Source: an uncultured Clostridia bacterium (GTDB lineage: Bacteria; Bacillota_I; Bacilli_A; RF39; UBA660). From it: a stretch of 32,000 bases of DNA. Shown piece after piece: positions 23,373-32,000 of the stretch (positions are counted from its first letter, which is position 1; each line of letters starts with the position of its first letter). Location: positions 94,491 through 126,490 of the forward strand of contig CAMJWT010000002.1 in assembly GCA_946409545.1 (NCBI GenBank). The letters are read 5' to 3'. The translations under genes were made by a program, and so were the position numbers. The notes beneath the pieces were generated by a model. That model saw only the letters and a program-made list of their open reading frames with translations. It ran no database searches and was not told the origin of the DNA.

Positions 23373-24407
23373 ATGAGATTATTAACTAAATTACTTATTG
23401 TATTTAATCTTTTAATAATTTCATTTTTATTTTTCATTTATTCACCATTATTTGATAAGACACATAAGAAATTTGTTAATGAATATGCTATTGATAATAA
23501 ATTAAGTTATTTATCATATACCTTTTATAATCAAGATAGGATTGATTCTTTGACTGACGTTAAAATAGATGTTATTAAACTTGATGAAGAATCATCTAAA
23601 GATTATTTGGTTGAACCTAAAGAGAAGATATCTTATGATTCTAAATATGATGAAATTGTTTTATCAAAAGATGTTGGAAATGATGATTATAAAGTATATA
23701 AAACAAAGATTGGTAGGAATGAAGCTATTATGGTCTTTATTTATGATCCAAGTAAAGTTCATATATTAACATCAAAGAAGTTCGCATCAAGAGACCATTA
23801 TTCAGGTCTTGAAACGGTTAAACAAATGACTAAAAGATTAAATGCTAGTGTTGGTATTAATGGCGGTGGTTTTAGACAAGATGCTAGAACCCTTAGTATT
23901 GATACGCCAATTGGCTATGTTATTAAAGATGGAAAAGTTGTATGGTCTAAAAAAGGGTCTGGTAACCTTATTTGTATGACTAATGATAATAAATTAAAAT
24001 TAATAAAAACAACGGGTAATGATGCTATTACAAATCATAATGTTCGTGATGCCTTAGAGTTTGGTCCATTCTTAATAGTTGATGGAATAGAACAAAAGTT
24101 ACCTGAAACCGCAGGAGGTTATGCCCGTTCAGCAAGAAGTGTTATTGCCCAAAGAAAAGATGGTATCATAATATTTTTGGTAACAGAAGTGAAAAATGGG
24201 TATACTAATGGAACAACCTTACAAGAAATAGTTAATGAATTAAAAAAATATGATGTCTATAATGCCGCTAATTTAGATGGTGGTGCAAGTACACAATTAG
24301 TTGTTGATGGAAAAGTTGTTAATAAACCATTAAACATTTATAACCGTATTATAAATGGAGGTAATGGAAGATCTTTAGTAACAGGTTGGGGCTTAATGAA
24401 TAATTAA
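23373..24407 (+). CDS. Phosphodiester glycosidase family protein (NAGPA/DUF2233-like), membrane-anchored
   Basis: TM helix LLIVFNLLIISFLFFIY. Family signatures are VGINGGGF, FGPFLIVDG, ARSVIAQRKDG and ANLDGGASTQLVVDGK. Confidence 0.75.
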   Translation: MRLLTKLLIVFNLLIISFLFFIYSPLFDKTHKKFVNEYAIDNKLSYLSYTFYNQDRIDSLTDVKIDVIKLDEESSKDYLVEPKEKISYDSKYDEIVLSKDVGNDDYKVYKTKIGRNEAIMVFIYDPSKVHILTSKKFASRDHYSGLETVKQMTKRLNASVGINGGGFRQDARTLSIDTPIGYVIKDGKVVWSKKGSGNLICMTNDNKLKLIKTTGNDAITNHNVRDALEFGPFLIVDGIEQKLPETAGGYARSARSVIAQRKDGIIIFLVTEVKNGYTNGTTLQEIVNELKKYDVYNAANLDGGASTQLVVDGKVVNKPLNIYNRIINGGNGRSLVTGWGLMNN

Positions 24408-24492
24408 AGAAAATGATTAATCATAAATTGATTAATTATTTTTTATAATGTATAATATCTATGTATATAGTTTTTTAACTATTGGAGGATGT

Positions 24493-24993
24493 ATGAAAGA
24501 ATATATAAAAGGTCATAAAAAAACGTTAATATTATTATTTATATATGCGCTACTTATTGTTTTAGCGTTTAAAGTTAAGGATATTTTAATCCCTGATGAA
24601 GGAGCCGAAGTATACGGTACAAGATTAAATGAAATCGATAAATATCCTATTGAAGAAAGTGTTTACAAAAAGATTGAAGATACTTTAAAAAAGAATGAAA
24701 ATGTAGAAAAAGTATCATACCGTGTTCAAGGTAAAATTATTAATTATTATGTAACAGTTGGCGAAAAAGTATCTATTGCTGATGCTAAGAAAATAGGGGA
24801 GTCAATACCTCCACTATTTGAAGAAAAAGCATTAAGTTATTATTCAATTCAAATATGGATGATTAAAGAGAATAAAGAGATGAATAATTTCCCAATTGTT
24901 GGTATGAAAAATCCGGCTTCATCTAAAGTTGTATGGACTCTTGATAGAGAGATAACAGTTCCTGAAACAGAAGGTGAATCAGATGAAGAATAA
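24493..24993 (+). CDS. Small membrane-anchored protein of unknown function
   Basis: The GGAGGA SD favours ATG 24493. Track start 24448 sits inside the TATAAT boxes at 24444-24456. One TM helix (LILLFIYALLIVLAF). The 3' end overlaps the next gene by 20 nt. Confidence 0.6.
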   Translation: MKEYIKGHKKTLILLFIYALLIVLAFKVKDILIPDEGAEVYGTRLNEIDKYPIEESVYKKIEDTLKKNENVEKVSYRVQGKIINYYVTVGEKVSIADAKKIGESIPPLFEEKALSYYSIQIWMIKENKEMNNFPIVGMKNPASSKVVWTLDREITVPETEGESDEE

Positions 24994-27007
24994 GAAGAAA
25001 TTATTATTCCTTCTTCCAGTATTAGCAATAATTATTTTTGTTGTTTTATACATTGTTTTTAAATATAGTGAACCAAATGTATTAGATTCAAAAGATAAAG
25101 AATGGATATCACAAAATGGTGGTAAGATTGTTGATATTGCTGTTGTAAATAATATTCCTTTATACGGTAGCGATGGTAAAGGATTAGTCTTTGATTATTT
25201 AGATTATGTTACCCAAGAATCAACAATTGAGTTTAATAAAATACCTTATTTAATTGGTGGTGAACCAGGTAATGCTGAATATCAAATTGAAATAATTGAT
25301 GGTGATGTTAATTTAACTAAAAATCAATTATTAATATATGAAGATAATTATGTAGCAATCGGTAAGAAGAATGAAATATTAGATTTATTTAGTGATTTAA
25401 AAGGACAAACAATTGGTGTATTAACTACAGATTCATCAATGATTAATTATTATTTAAAAGGATTAAGTACAGTAGTAATAAAGAATTACGATACAATTGA
25501 AAATTTATTTACAGCACTTGATGAAAGTGAAATTAATTTAGTAGTTGTTCCTAATGTAATGAATTTAGATAAAACGATTAATAATAAATATTATGTTAAT
25601 TATTTCTTTAATGAAATATCTAAAAAGGTTGTTTTAACATTAAGTGATAAAAATAATGAAATGAATACAATCTTCAAAAAAACATATAATAGATGGTTAG
25701 AAGAAGAATATACTGATGACTATAATGAATTATTATTAAATTATTATTTAAAAGAAAATAGTATTAATGATAAAACAAGAGCAGACTTATTAAGTAAGAC
25801 ATATGTTTATGGTTATGTAGATACCCCACCATATGAATTTTCAAAATCTAGTAAGATGTATGGTATTGCAATTGAATACATGAATCGTATTGTAAGACTT
25901 ACAGATATTGATATTACATATCGTGAATATAAAGATTATAAAGAGTTGAAACAAGCTATTGAAAAAGGTGATGTTGATATTTATTTTGATTATGTAAATA
26001 TCAAAGATTCTGGTTATTTACAAACTAAATCAGTATTTGCTGAAGAATATGTTGTTTTAGGAAATAATGAAGTTGCCATTAATTCATTAGAAAGTCTAAA
26101 AAATAAAAATGTTAATATGTTCTCTGGTAATTATTTACTATCATTTGTTAAAGATAATTCGATGGCCAATATTCATGAATATACTAAAGTATCAGATTTA
26201 TTAAAAGATGATAATTTAATAATTGTTGATAAAGAAATATATAATTATTATAAAAATAGTACATTTAAAGATTTAACTGTTTTATATGATGACTATATGA
26301 CTAATGAATATAGTTTCATGATAAAAAGTACGAATGATTCATTCTATAAATTATTTGATTTTATTATTAATACAAATTCTTATTTTAATTATCGAAGAGA
26401 AGCTTATAAATCATTTGATGATAGTATTTTCAGTAATGTTTCATTCGAAGAATTATATCTAATAATATTAGGAATTATCTTAGTTCCAATTATTATTGTT
26501 GTAGGTATTCTATTATTAATTAAGAATAAACATCGTATTAATATCTTAAAACGTGATGATCGTAAGAAATTCACTGATATGTTAACTTCATTGAAGAATC
26601 GTAATTATTTGAATTTAAATATTCCTAAATGGAATGAAAATAAAACATATCCACAAGCAATTGTTATTATTGACCTTAATAATACTAAGTATGTTAATGA
26701 TAATTATGGACGTGAAAAAGGTGATAACTTAATAGTTAAAGCAGCGTCTATTCTTGTTAATGCCCAACTTGAAAATTCTGAAATAATAAGAAGTGATGGT
26801 AATGAATTCTTAATATATATGATTGGTTATAATGAAAATCAAGTTGAAGTATATACAAAGAAATTATCTAAATCACTTAAAGATTTACCATATGGCTTTG
26901 GAGCTGCTATTGGTTATAGTATGATAACAGATAATATCAAGACAATTGATGATGCCATCAATGAAGCAACTCTTGATATGGAAAGTGATAAAGAAAGCAA
27001 TAAATAG
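24974..27007 (+). CDS. Sensor protein: TM, two extracytoplasmic solute-binding (SBP_bac_3-like) domains, TM, cytoplasmic degenerate GGDEF domain
   Basis: SBP-like segments include YGYVDTPPYEF...GIAIEYMNRI...IEKGDVDIYFDY. GGDEF-domain landmarks are DMLTSLKNRNYL and VIIDLNNTKYVNDNYGREKGDNLI. The signature motif reads RSDGNEF instead of RxGGDEF. Confidence 0.75.
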   Translation: MNQMKNKKKLLFLLPVLAIIIFVVLYIVFKYSEPNVLDSKDKEWISQNGGKIVDIAVVNNIPLYGSDGKGLVFDYLDYVTQESTIEFNKIPYLIGGEPGNAEYQIEIIDGDVNLTKNQLLIYEDNYVAIGKKNEILDLFSDLKGQTIGVLTTDSSMINYYLKGLSTVVIKNYDTIENLFTALDESEINLVVVPNVMNLDKTINNKYYVNYFFNEISKKVVLTLSDKNNEMNTIFKKTYNRWLEEEYTDDYNELLLNYYLKENSINDKTRADLLSKTYVYGYVDTPPYEFSKSSKMYGIAIEYMNRIVRLTDIDITYREYKDYKELKQAIEKGDVDIYFDYVNIKDSGYLQTKSVFAEEYVVLGNNEVAINSLESLKNKNVNMFSGNYLLSFVKDNSMANIHEYTKVSDLLKDDNLIIVDKEIYNYYKNSTFKDLTVLYDDYMTNEYSFMIKSTNDSFYKLFDFIINTNSYFNYRREAYKSFDDSIFSNVSFEELYLIILGIILVPIIIVVGILLLIKNKHRINILKRDDRKKFTDMLTSLKNRNYLNLNIPKWNENKTYPQAIVIIDLNNTKYVNDNYGREKGDNLIVKAASILVNAQLENSEIIRSDGNEFLIYMIGYNENQVEVYTKKLSKSLKDLPYGFGAAIGYSMITDNIKTIDDAINEATLDMESDKESNK

Positions 27008-27015
27008 AGGATTTT

Positions 27016-27843
27016 ATGAAAAGACTAAAAAAATGGTTTAAAAGTATTTATAAAATTCTAAGACTAGAAGAAATGCAAATCCTTCCAGGACAACTTGCTT
27101 TCTTTTTGGTTGTTTCCGTATTTGCAATGTTACCATTAATTGCCTTAATAGGATCAAGTTTTATTACTAAAGAATTTGCTAATAGTTTAAAGAATTTACC
27201 ATCTGGAGTTTCAGCAATCTTTAAATCACTTTTAGATACTGATTCAACAGGTTATAACATTTTCTTGTTTGTTGCAATAAGTTTATTCTTTTCATCAAGT
27301 GGATGTAAGGCTATTATTGTAACAAGTGATGTTATATATAAAATTACTGAACGTAATGCTGTAAAGCAAGCAATAAAATCATTTATTATGACAATTATCT
27401 TAATGATTGTTATTGTTTTAACTGCAGTAATCCCAGCATTTGGTGATTTAGTTTTAAATTCAATTAAAGCTAAATATCCTGGAGATGTAATTAATTTAAT
27501 AATTCAAATATTTATTATATTAAAATACCCATTATCATTCTTATTGATTTTTAATGGAGTTAAAATTATTTATACAATGGCTCCTGACGCCACGATTAGA
27601 AGTAGATTTACTAATAAAGGTGCATTATTTACAACCGTTAGTTGGATTATAATTACAAGAGTTTATGCAATTTATTTAAATAATATAAATACGTATAATA
27701 TCTTTTATGGAAGTTTAGCAAACGTTGTAATTGTCCTTTTTTGGTTCTATTTATTGTCGTATGTCTTTACGATGGGTATGGCTTTAAATGCTAATACATA
27801 TTTTGATTATTTAAATGAATTAAAGAAAGAAGGAAAAGAGTAG
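27016..27843 (+). CDS. YihY/BrkB (virulence factor BrkB / 'ribonuclease BN-like') family membrane protein
   Basis: The N-terminal LPGQLAFFLVVSVFAMLPLIALIGS and six predicted TM helices are typical of YihY. Confidence 0.7.
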   Translation: MKRLKKWFKSIYKILRLEEMQILPGQLAFFLVVSVFAMLPLIALIGSSFITKEFANSLKNLPSGVSAIFKSLLDTDSTGYNIFLFVAISLFFSSSGCKAIIVTSDVIYKITERNAVKQAIKSFIMTIILMIVIVLTAVIPAFGDLVLNSIKAKYPGDVINLIIQIFIILKYPLSFLLIFNGVKIIYTMAPDATIRSRFTNKGALFTTVSWIIITRVYAIYLNNINTYNIFYGSLANVVIVLFWFYLLSYVFTMGMALNANTYFDYLNELKKEGKE

Positions 27844-27857
27844 AAATACTCTTTTTT
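27837..27857 (+). terminator. Intrinsic terminator
   Basis: AGAGTA-gaaa-TACTCT hairpin overlapping the stop codon, followed by T6. Confidence 0.7.
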
Positions 27858-27883
27858 ATGTTATAATTTTAATATAGGAGAGT

Positions 27884-30340
27884 ATGATGAAAAAAATAAT
27901 TATTGTTTTAATTTATTTTCTAATTATATTTTCCGTTAGAGCTAAAGAAATAGAAGCTGGTACTAAAACATCTTACTATTTTTCTACAACGCAAAAAGTT
28001 ATGAAAGAAGTTATGAAAGACTATTATTTGCGTGGTGAAAACATACAATATAGCGCTAGTAGAATAATGACACCAGGAATGCCTCCTGAGGATGCTACAA
28101 GTCAAGATAGACAATATCATAACTGTGTTAACTATTATTACAATGTTTTATATGAAGCGTTTCACATGAATAAAGAGAGTAAACACCCAATAACCTCATT
28201 GATGAATGGCCTTACTCAAGCAAGAGATTATTATAATAAATATATAAAAGGTAAAGAAAATGATAGTAAATACGCTAGTTATCGAGATGGACATTTCTTA
28301 CTATTTTATCAAAGTAAAAAAACAGCTAAACTAACTGCAGGAAAATATATATATAAAAACAATTATAATTTTTCTAGTTTCGTTAAGCTCTTACAACCAG
28401 GTGATATTATTGAATGGAAATCAGAATCGAATGCTGGACATTATGCAGTTGTATATAGTCTAGTAAAAGATAGTAGTGGGAAAGTAATTGATGCAGCATT
28501 ATTAAATTCAACAGGTTATGCGGTAATACCATCAAGATTATATGGAGTAAGAAATCTTAGATATATTTATAAAAAGCCAATAAAAAATGATGTTATTAAT
28601 ATTGATATTGAAGGAACAATTCAATTAGCGTATTTAAGTGAATCTACAAGAATGGTTGCAAATGGAAAAATTACATGTGCTAAAGATGAAGAATGTATGA
28701 TAATTAGACCATATTATAACGATAATGGTAAAACAGTATTTAATTATGATATTACATCAGAAGCATATGCAAGAAGTTTTTTAAGAACAAAATATCCGGG
28801 AATGATAATCGAAAAGACAGTAGATAAAATGGATAATAATGGTGTTTATCCAAATGATACTCTTACTTATTCCATTAAAATAACGAATAGAAGTAATGCA
28901 ACTAATAAAGGTAAAGATAGTATTAAATATGAAAAATTTACAATCAAGGAAGAAATTAATCCAGACTTGGTTGGTAATTTTAAAAGTAGTGATTGTACCA
29001 TTAAAGGAAAAGAAATAACATGTATTGTTAATGGTTTAGAAGTAGGTCAATCAAAAACAATTAAGTATTCTGTAAAAGTAAAGAATAAGGTTGGTAAAGA
29101 AATAAAAGCAACAGGAAAATTTTATGGTAGTTTTGAAAATGTAAAAAATTCTTATATTCCAACAGGTACTGTTAGTAATATGATATTACCTTCGAAGAAA
29201 AAGAATTATAGTTATAAAAACTGTTATGATGAAGGCATTAAAAAGAATTTAACAGGATTAGTTTTAGTAGATCATGTTTATAAATGTGCAACAGGAAAAA
29301 ATTATCATTTTGCATCATTTGATTTCTTAGATTTGTTTGTTAGATATGAAAATGTTGATAGTAAAACAGGTAAGAAAACGATGATTGTTGATTTTAATTC
29401 CAAAATGAATAATAATACAAAAGTTTATAAAAAGATGATTTTAAATAATTATTGGAGTGCAATAATGTTTATGTATAATTATTTAAAAAATGATCGAGTA
29501 GTAATTCCTAAAACATGGACAGCCTCTGATATAAGAAAAAGATTTATTAATAGCAAAGATTTAGTTGATGGAGACATATTAATATATTATGTTAATTATA
29601 AAGAAACTTTAGATGGTAATACATTTGTTACTGAAGATTCTAATATTCATACTAAGGAAAATGGTTATTATGCGTATATCTATTTAAATGGTAAATTTGT
29701 TGGTGTTAATTATCCTAATAAAGAAAATGAAAGAAATGAATTTACTTACCAGTATTATAAAAATGTATATGGTACAAATGGATATATTAAACATTTATAT
29801 AACAAATATAATGAAATCCCTGATAAAGAAAAAGATCGAATTCTTACTATTGCAAATTATGAAACATTATTTGATAAAGATTATTTTGTAATTCTTCGTC
29901 CATCAATATTAATTGGTCAAATATTAAAAATTGAAATGAATAAGTTACCATCAAAATTAGAATATGAACAAGACAAAGAAGAATTAAATTTAGACGGTGG
30001 TAAAATTAAAGTTTATTTTGAAGATAATACATCAAGTATAATAGATTTAAAAAATAAAGATGTTAAAGTAACAGGTTTTGATAATCATTCACTTGGTGAA
30101 AAAGTAATAAAAGTAACTTATCAAGGAAAAGCAACATCTTTTAAAATAAAGATTGTGGAACCGGTAAAAGAAGAAGAACCAGATGAACCACAAGATGAAC
30201 CTCCGATTGAAGAAGAGCCAAAAGAAATCGAAAATGATAAGTTAAATCCATATATAATTGTAGCTATAGTTTGTGTAACAATATTACTGCTATTATCTAT
30301 AATCTTCTTTAATAAAAAATGGACTAAAAATAATATATAA
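27884..30340 (+). CDS. Large surface protein: signal peptide, putative Cys/His (papain- or NlpC/P60-like) N-terminal region, DUF11-like domain, Ig-like domain, acidic Pro-rich stalk, C-terminal TM anchor
   Basis: Signal peptide IIVLIYFLIIFSVRA. Candidate catalytic pair is QYHNCVNYYY plus SNAGHYAVVY. The DUF11-like stretch is YPNDTLTYSIKITNRSN...GQSKTIKYSVKV. The Ig-like stretch is LNLDGGKIKVYF...VIKVTYQGKATSFKIKIV. The stalk EPVKEEEPDEPQDEPPIEEEPKE is followed by TM helix IIVAIVCVTILLLLSIIFF. Confidence 0.65.
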   Translation: MMKKIIIVLIYFLIIFSVRAKEIEAGTKTSYYFSTTQKVMKEVMKDYYLRGENIQYSASRIMTPGMPPEDATSQDRQYHNCVNYYYNVLYEAFHMNKESKHPITSLMNGLTQARDYYNKYIKGKENDSKYASYRDGHFLLFYQSKKTAKLTAGKYIYKNNYNFSSFVKLLQPGDIIEWKSESNAGHYAVVYSLVKDSSGKVIDAALLNSTGYAVIPSRLYGVRNLRYIYKKPIKNDVINIDIEGTIQLAYLSESTRMVANGKITCAKDEECMIIRPYYNDNGKTVFNYDITSEAYARSFLRTKYPGMIIEKTVDKMDNNGVYPNDTLTYSIKITNRSNATNKGKDSIKYEKFTIKEEINPDLVGNFKSSDCTIKGKEITCIVNGLEVGQSKTIKYSVKVKNKVGKEIKATGKFYGSFENVKNSYIPTGTVSNMILPSKKKNYSYKNCYDEGIKKNLTGLVLVDHVYKCATGKNYHFASFDFLDLFVRYENVDSKTGKKTMIVDFNSKMNNNTKVYKKMILNNYWSAIMFMYNYLKNDRVVIPKTWTASDIRKRFINSKDLVDGDILIYYVNYKETLDGNTFVTEDSNIHTKENGYYAYIYLNGKFVGVNYPNKENERNEFTYQYYKNVYGTNGYIKHLYNKYNEIPDKEKDRILTIANYETLFDKDYFVILRPSILIGQILKIEMNKLPSKLEYEQDKEELNLDGGKIKVYFEDNTSSIIDLKNKDVKVTGFDNHSLGEKVIKVTYQGKATSFKIKIVEPVKEEEPDEPQDEPPIEEEPKEIENDKLNPYIIVAIVCVTILLLLSIIFFNKKWTKNNI

Positions 30341-30358
30341 AACAAAATATTAAAAATA

Positions 30359-30407
30359 TATAGATTATAAATTTAATAATTCATTAAGTTTATAATCTAT
30401 TTTTTTA
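30359..30407 (+). terminator. Long hairpin terminator
   Basis: TAGATTATAAA (30361-30371) pairs with TTTATAATCTA (30389-30399). An inner TTAAT/ATTAA stem is present, and T8 follows. Confidence 0.75.
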
Positions 30408-30426
30408 TATTAAATAATTATTTATC

Positions 30427-30489
30427 CACAAAATTGTTAATAAAATATTTTAAATATTTGTTTTATTTTTATTCACAAAATTGTTAATA
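30427..30489 (+). repeat. Two exact direct copies of CACAAAATTGTTAATA upstream of comEA
   Basis: 16-mers at 30427-30442 and 30474-30489, 47 bp apart start to start. The second copy ends 34 nt before the comEA ATG. Confidence 0.7.
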
Positions 30490-30523
30490 TTATCTTTCAT
30501 ATATTAATGGTGAAAGGAGTAGT

Positions 30524-31171
30524 ATGGATAAAATCAAGTTAGCTTTTTATAATCATCGCTATATAATAGTAATCATTTGTTTATTAACAATTGGGATCTT
30601 TTTATTTCTTATGACACCAAATGATAAAGAAGAAAATATAATAGTAGAAAAAGAAGAACCAAAAAAAGAAGAAGTTATCGAGGAAGAATATATCTATGTA
30701 GATATAAAAGGCCAAGTTAAGAATAATGGTGTTTATAAGATCTTAAATGGCGCTAGAGTAATTGATGCTATAAAAGTAGCAGGAGGATTATTACCAGATG
30801 CAGATACTTCATTAATTAATTTGTCGATGAAACTAAGGGATGAAATGGCTATTGTAATCTTTAGTAAGAAGGAAGTGGAAAATTTTTATCAAACAAAAGA
30901 GGAAGTTAACATTAAAGTAAATGAATGTGAAAATAAGTGTGATGCATGTATTGAAAGAATAGAAGATAGTAATGATAAAAATTTATTAAATATTAATAAA
31001 GCTTCTATTAATGATTTTATGAGTTTACCAGGAATAGGTGAAGCAAAAGCAAAATCTATTATTGATTATCGAAATAGTAAAGGGTCATTTAAAAGTCTTG
31101 ATGAAATTAAGGATGTTAAAGGTATAGGAGAAAGTATTTTTGAAAAGATTAAGGAGTATCTTACAATTTAG
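30524..31171 (+). CDS. comEA: Competence protein ComEA (TM anchor, SLBB domain, helix-hairpin-helix DNA-binding domain)
   Basis: YVDIKGQVKNNGVYKILNGARVIDAIKVAGG (SLBB) and INKASINDFMSLPGIGEAKAKSIIDYRNSKGSFKSLDEIKDVKGIGESIFEKIK (HhH). Confidence 0.9.
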   Translation: MDKIKLAFYNHRYIIVIICLLTIGIFLFLMTPNDKEENIIVEKEEPKKEEVIEEEYIYVDIKGQVKNNGVYKILNGARVIDAIKVAGGLLPDADTSLINLSMKLRDEMAIVIFSKKEVENFYQTKEEVNIKVNECENKCDACIERIEDSNDKNLLNINKASINDFMSLPGIGEAKAKSIIDYRNSKGSFKSLDEIKDVKGIGESIFEKIKEYLTI

Positions 31172-32000
31172 ATATTTGTTAATAATATTATTGTTTTTCT
31201 TAATACTATCACTTATTAATAAAAAATATCTAATAAAAAGATATTCGATAAATGATAAAGAATTTATCTTAGAAGTTACTAATGTCGATTATGTTAATGA
31301 TAAGTATAAAGTAGAATTAAAAGGTATAGAAAAACTAATAAGTTATCCTAAAGATTTTGAATATAATATTGGAGATGTAATAAAAGTAAATGGAACTTTG
31401 TCTACAGTTAATAGTAATACAATACCAAATATATTTGATTATAAGAAATATTTAAAGTATCAAGATATTAATTATGTTTTGAATATAGATACTGTATATT
31501 TAATTAGCAAAAATAAGAATATTTTATATAAAGTAAAAGAAACTATTAAAAATATAATAAAAAATCGTAATTCATTCAGTTATCTCAACTCCTTTATTAT
31601 GGGTAATACAACTTATTTAAATAGTGATATTAAAAGTATTTATCAAAAGATAGGAATAAGTCATCTGTTTAGTATAAGTGGGACTCATATAACGCTAATT
31701 ACCTTATTATTTAGTTATCTATATAAAAAGAAAAAGATAAATAATACAATTTATTTCTTATTAATTAATATTATTGTTATCTTTTATTTGTTTTTAACTA
31801 ATTATAAAGTTTCTATTTTGCGGTTTGTTTTGTTTTTTGATATATCATTTATTAACAAAAAGGTTAATCTAGGTTATGATAATTTAAAAACAATGATTAT
31901 TGTTATATTATTATCTTTAATAATAAATCCATATTACTTCTTTCAAACTAGTTTTGAATACTCATATTTAATTAGTTTTTTTCTTATACGTTTTAGTAAT
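31140..32000 (+). CDS. comEC: Competence protein ComEC, N-terminal part (continues beyond the window)
   Basis: Not in the ORF track because there is no ATG start. The frame with codon starts at positions divisible by 3 is open from 31128 to the window end. TTG 31140 lies 9 nt after AGGAG (31126-31130). The translation contains PNIFDYKKYLKYQDINYV and IGISHLFSISGTHITL, both ComEC hallmarks, plus several TM segments. The start codon is uncertain. Confidence 0.75.
   Translation, partial: MKRLRSILQFRYLLIILLFFLILSLINKKYLIKRYSINDKEFILEVTNVDYVNDKYKVELKGIEKLISYPKDFEYNIGDVIKVNGTLSTVNSNTIPNIFDYKKYLKYQDINYVLNIDTVYLISKNKNILYKVKETIKNIIKNRNSFSYLNSFIMGNTTYLNSDIKSIYQKIGISHLFSISGTHITLITLLFSYLYKKKKINNTIYFLLINIIVIFYLFLTNYKVSILRFVLFFDISFINKKVNLGYDNLKTMIIVILLSLIINPYYFFQTSFEYSYLISFFLIRFSN

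Noticed and set aside
23569-23769. Same-strand out-of-frame ORF of 66 aa inside the phosphodiester glycosidase gene. A similar ORF lies at 29688-29891 inside the large surface protein gene.
   Set aside because: These are embedded in alternative frames of confident CDSs. The products are Met/Ile/Lys/Leu-rich low complexity with no translation signals.

Overview
This is a very AT-rich chromosomal segment (about 30% GC or lower by eye, not computed) with standard-code ORFs. It looks like a low-GC Bacillota genome, possibly Erysipelotrichia-like, but that taxonomic guess is weak. Almost all genes are on the + strand, with Shine-Dalgarno sites and clean hairpin/T-run terminators. I see no tRNA, rRNA, CRISPR array, transposase or integrase. 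(1) 111-10383 encodes surface proteins: three membrane-anchored Big_2 'stalk' proteins with different catalytic heads (SGNH, SGNH, MBL-fold), an embedded long-form U32 peptidase-family gene, and a consensus-promoter operon for a 13-unit cysteine-hairpin repeat protein plus a secreted partner. (2) Housekeeping genes follow: typA/bipA and a NodB-type polysaccharide deacetylase. (3) 13445-20527 is the most interesting part. It holds an orphan radical-SAM gene and an HTH gene on the - strand. These are divergent from a stand-alone cytoplasmic vWA gene and a tight four-gene operon: a helical-repeat::MoxR-like AAA+ fusion, a small degenerate AAA+ paralogue, an HExxH metallopeptidase::vWA protein (DUF2201-like), and a Zn-ribbon membrane protein. 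I regard this as a candidate uncharacterised NTPase/vWA conflict or signalling system. (4) The rest contains rsmI, a roughly 185-nt rod-shaped structured RNA (6S-like candidate), a membrane-anchored GH25 muramidase, a phosphodiester glycosidase-like protein, a degenerate-GGDEF sensor, a YihY/BrkB membrane protein, a large DUF11-like surface protein, and comEA plus the start of comEC. All family assignments rest on motifs read by eye; no database search was possible.
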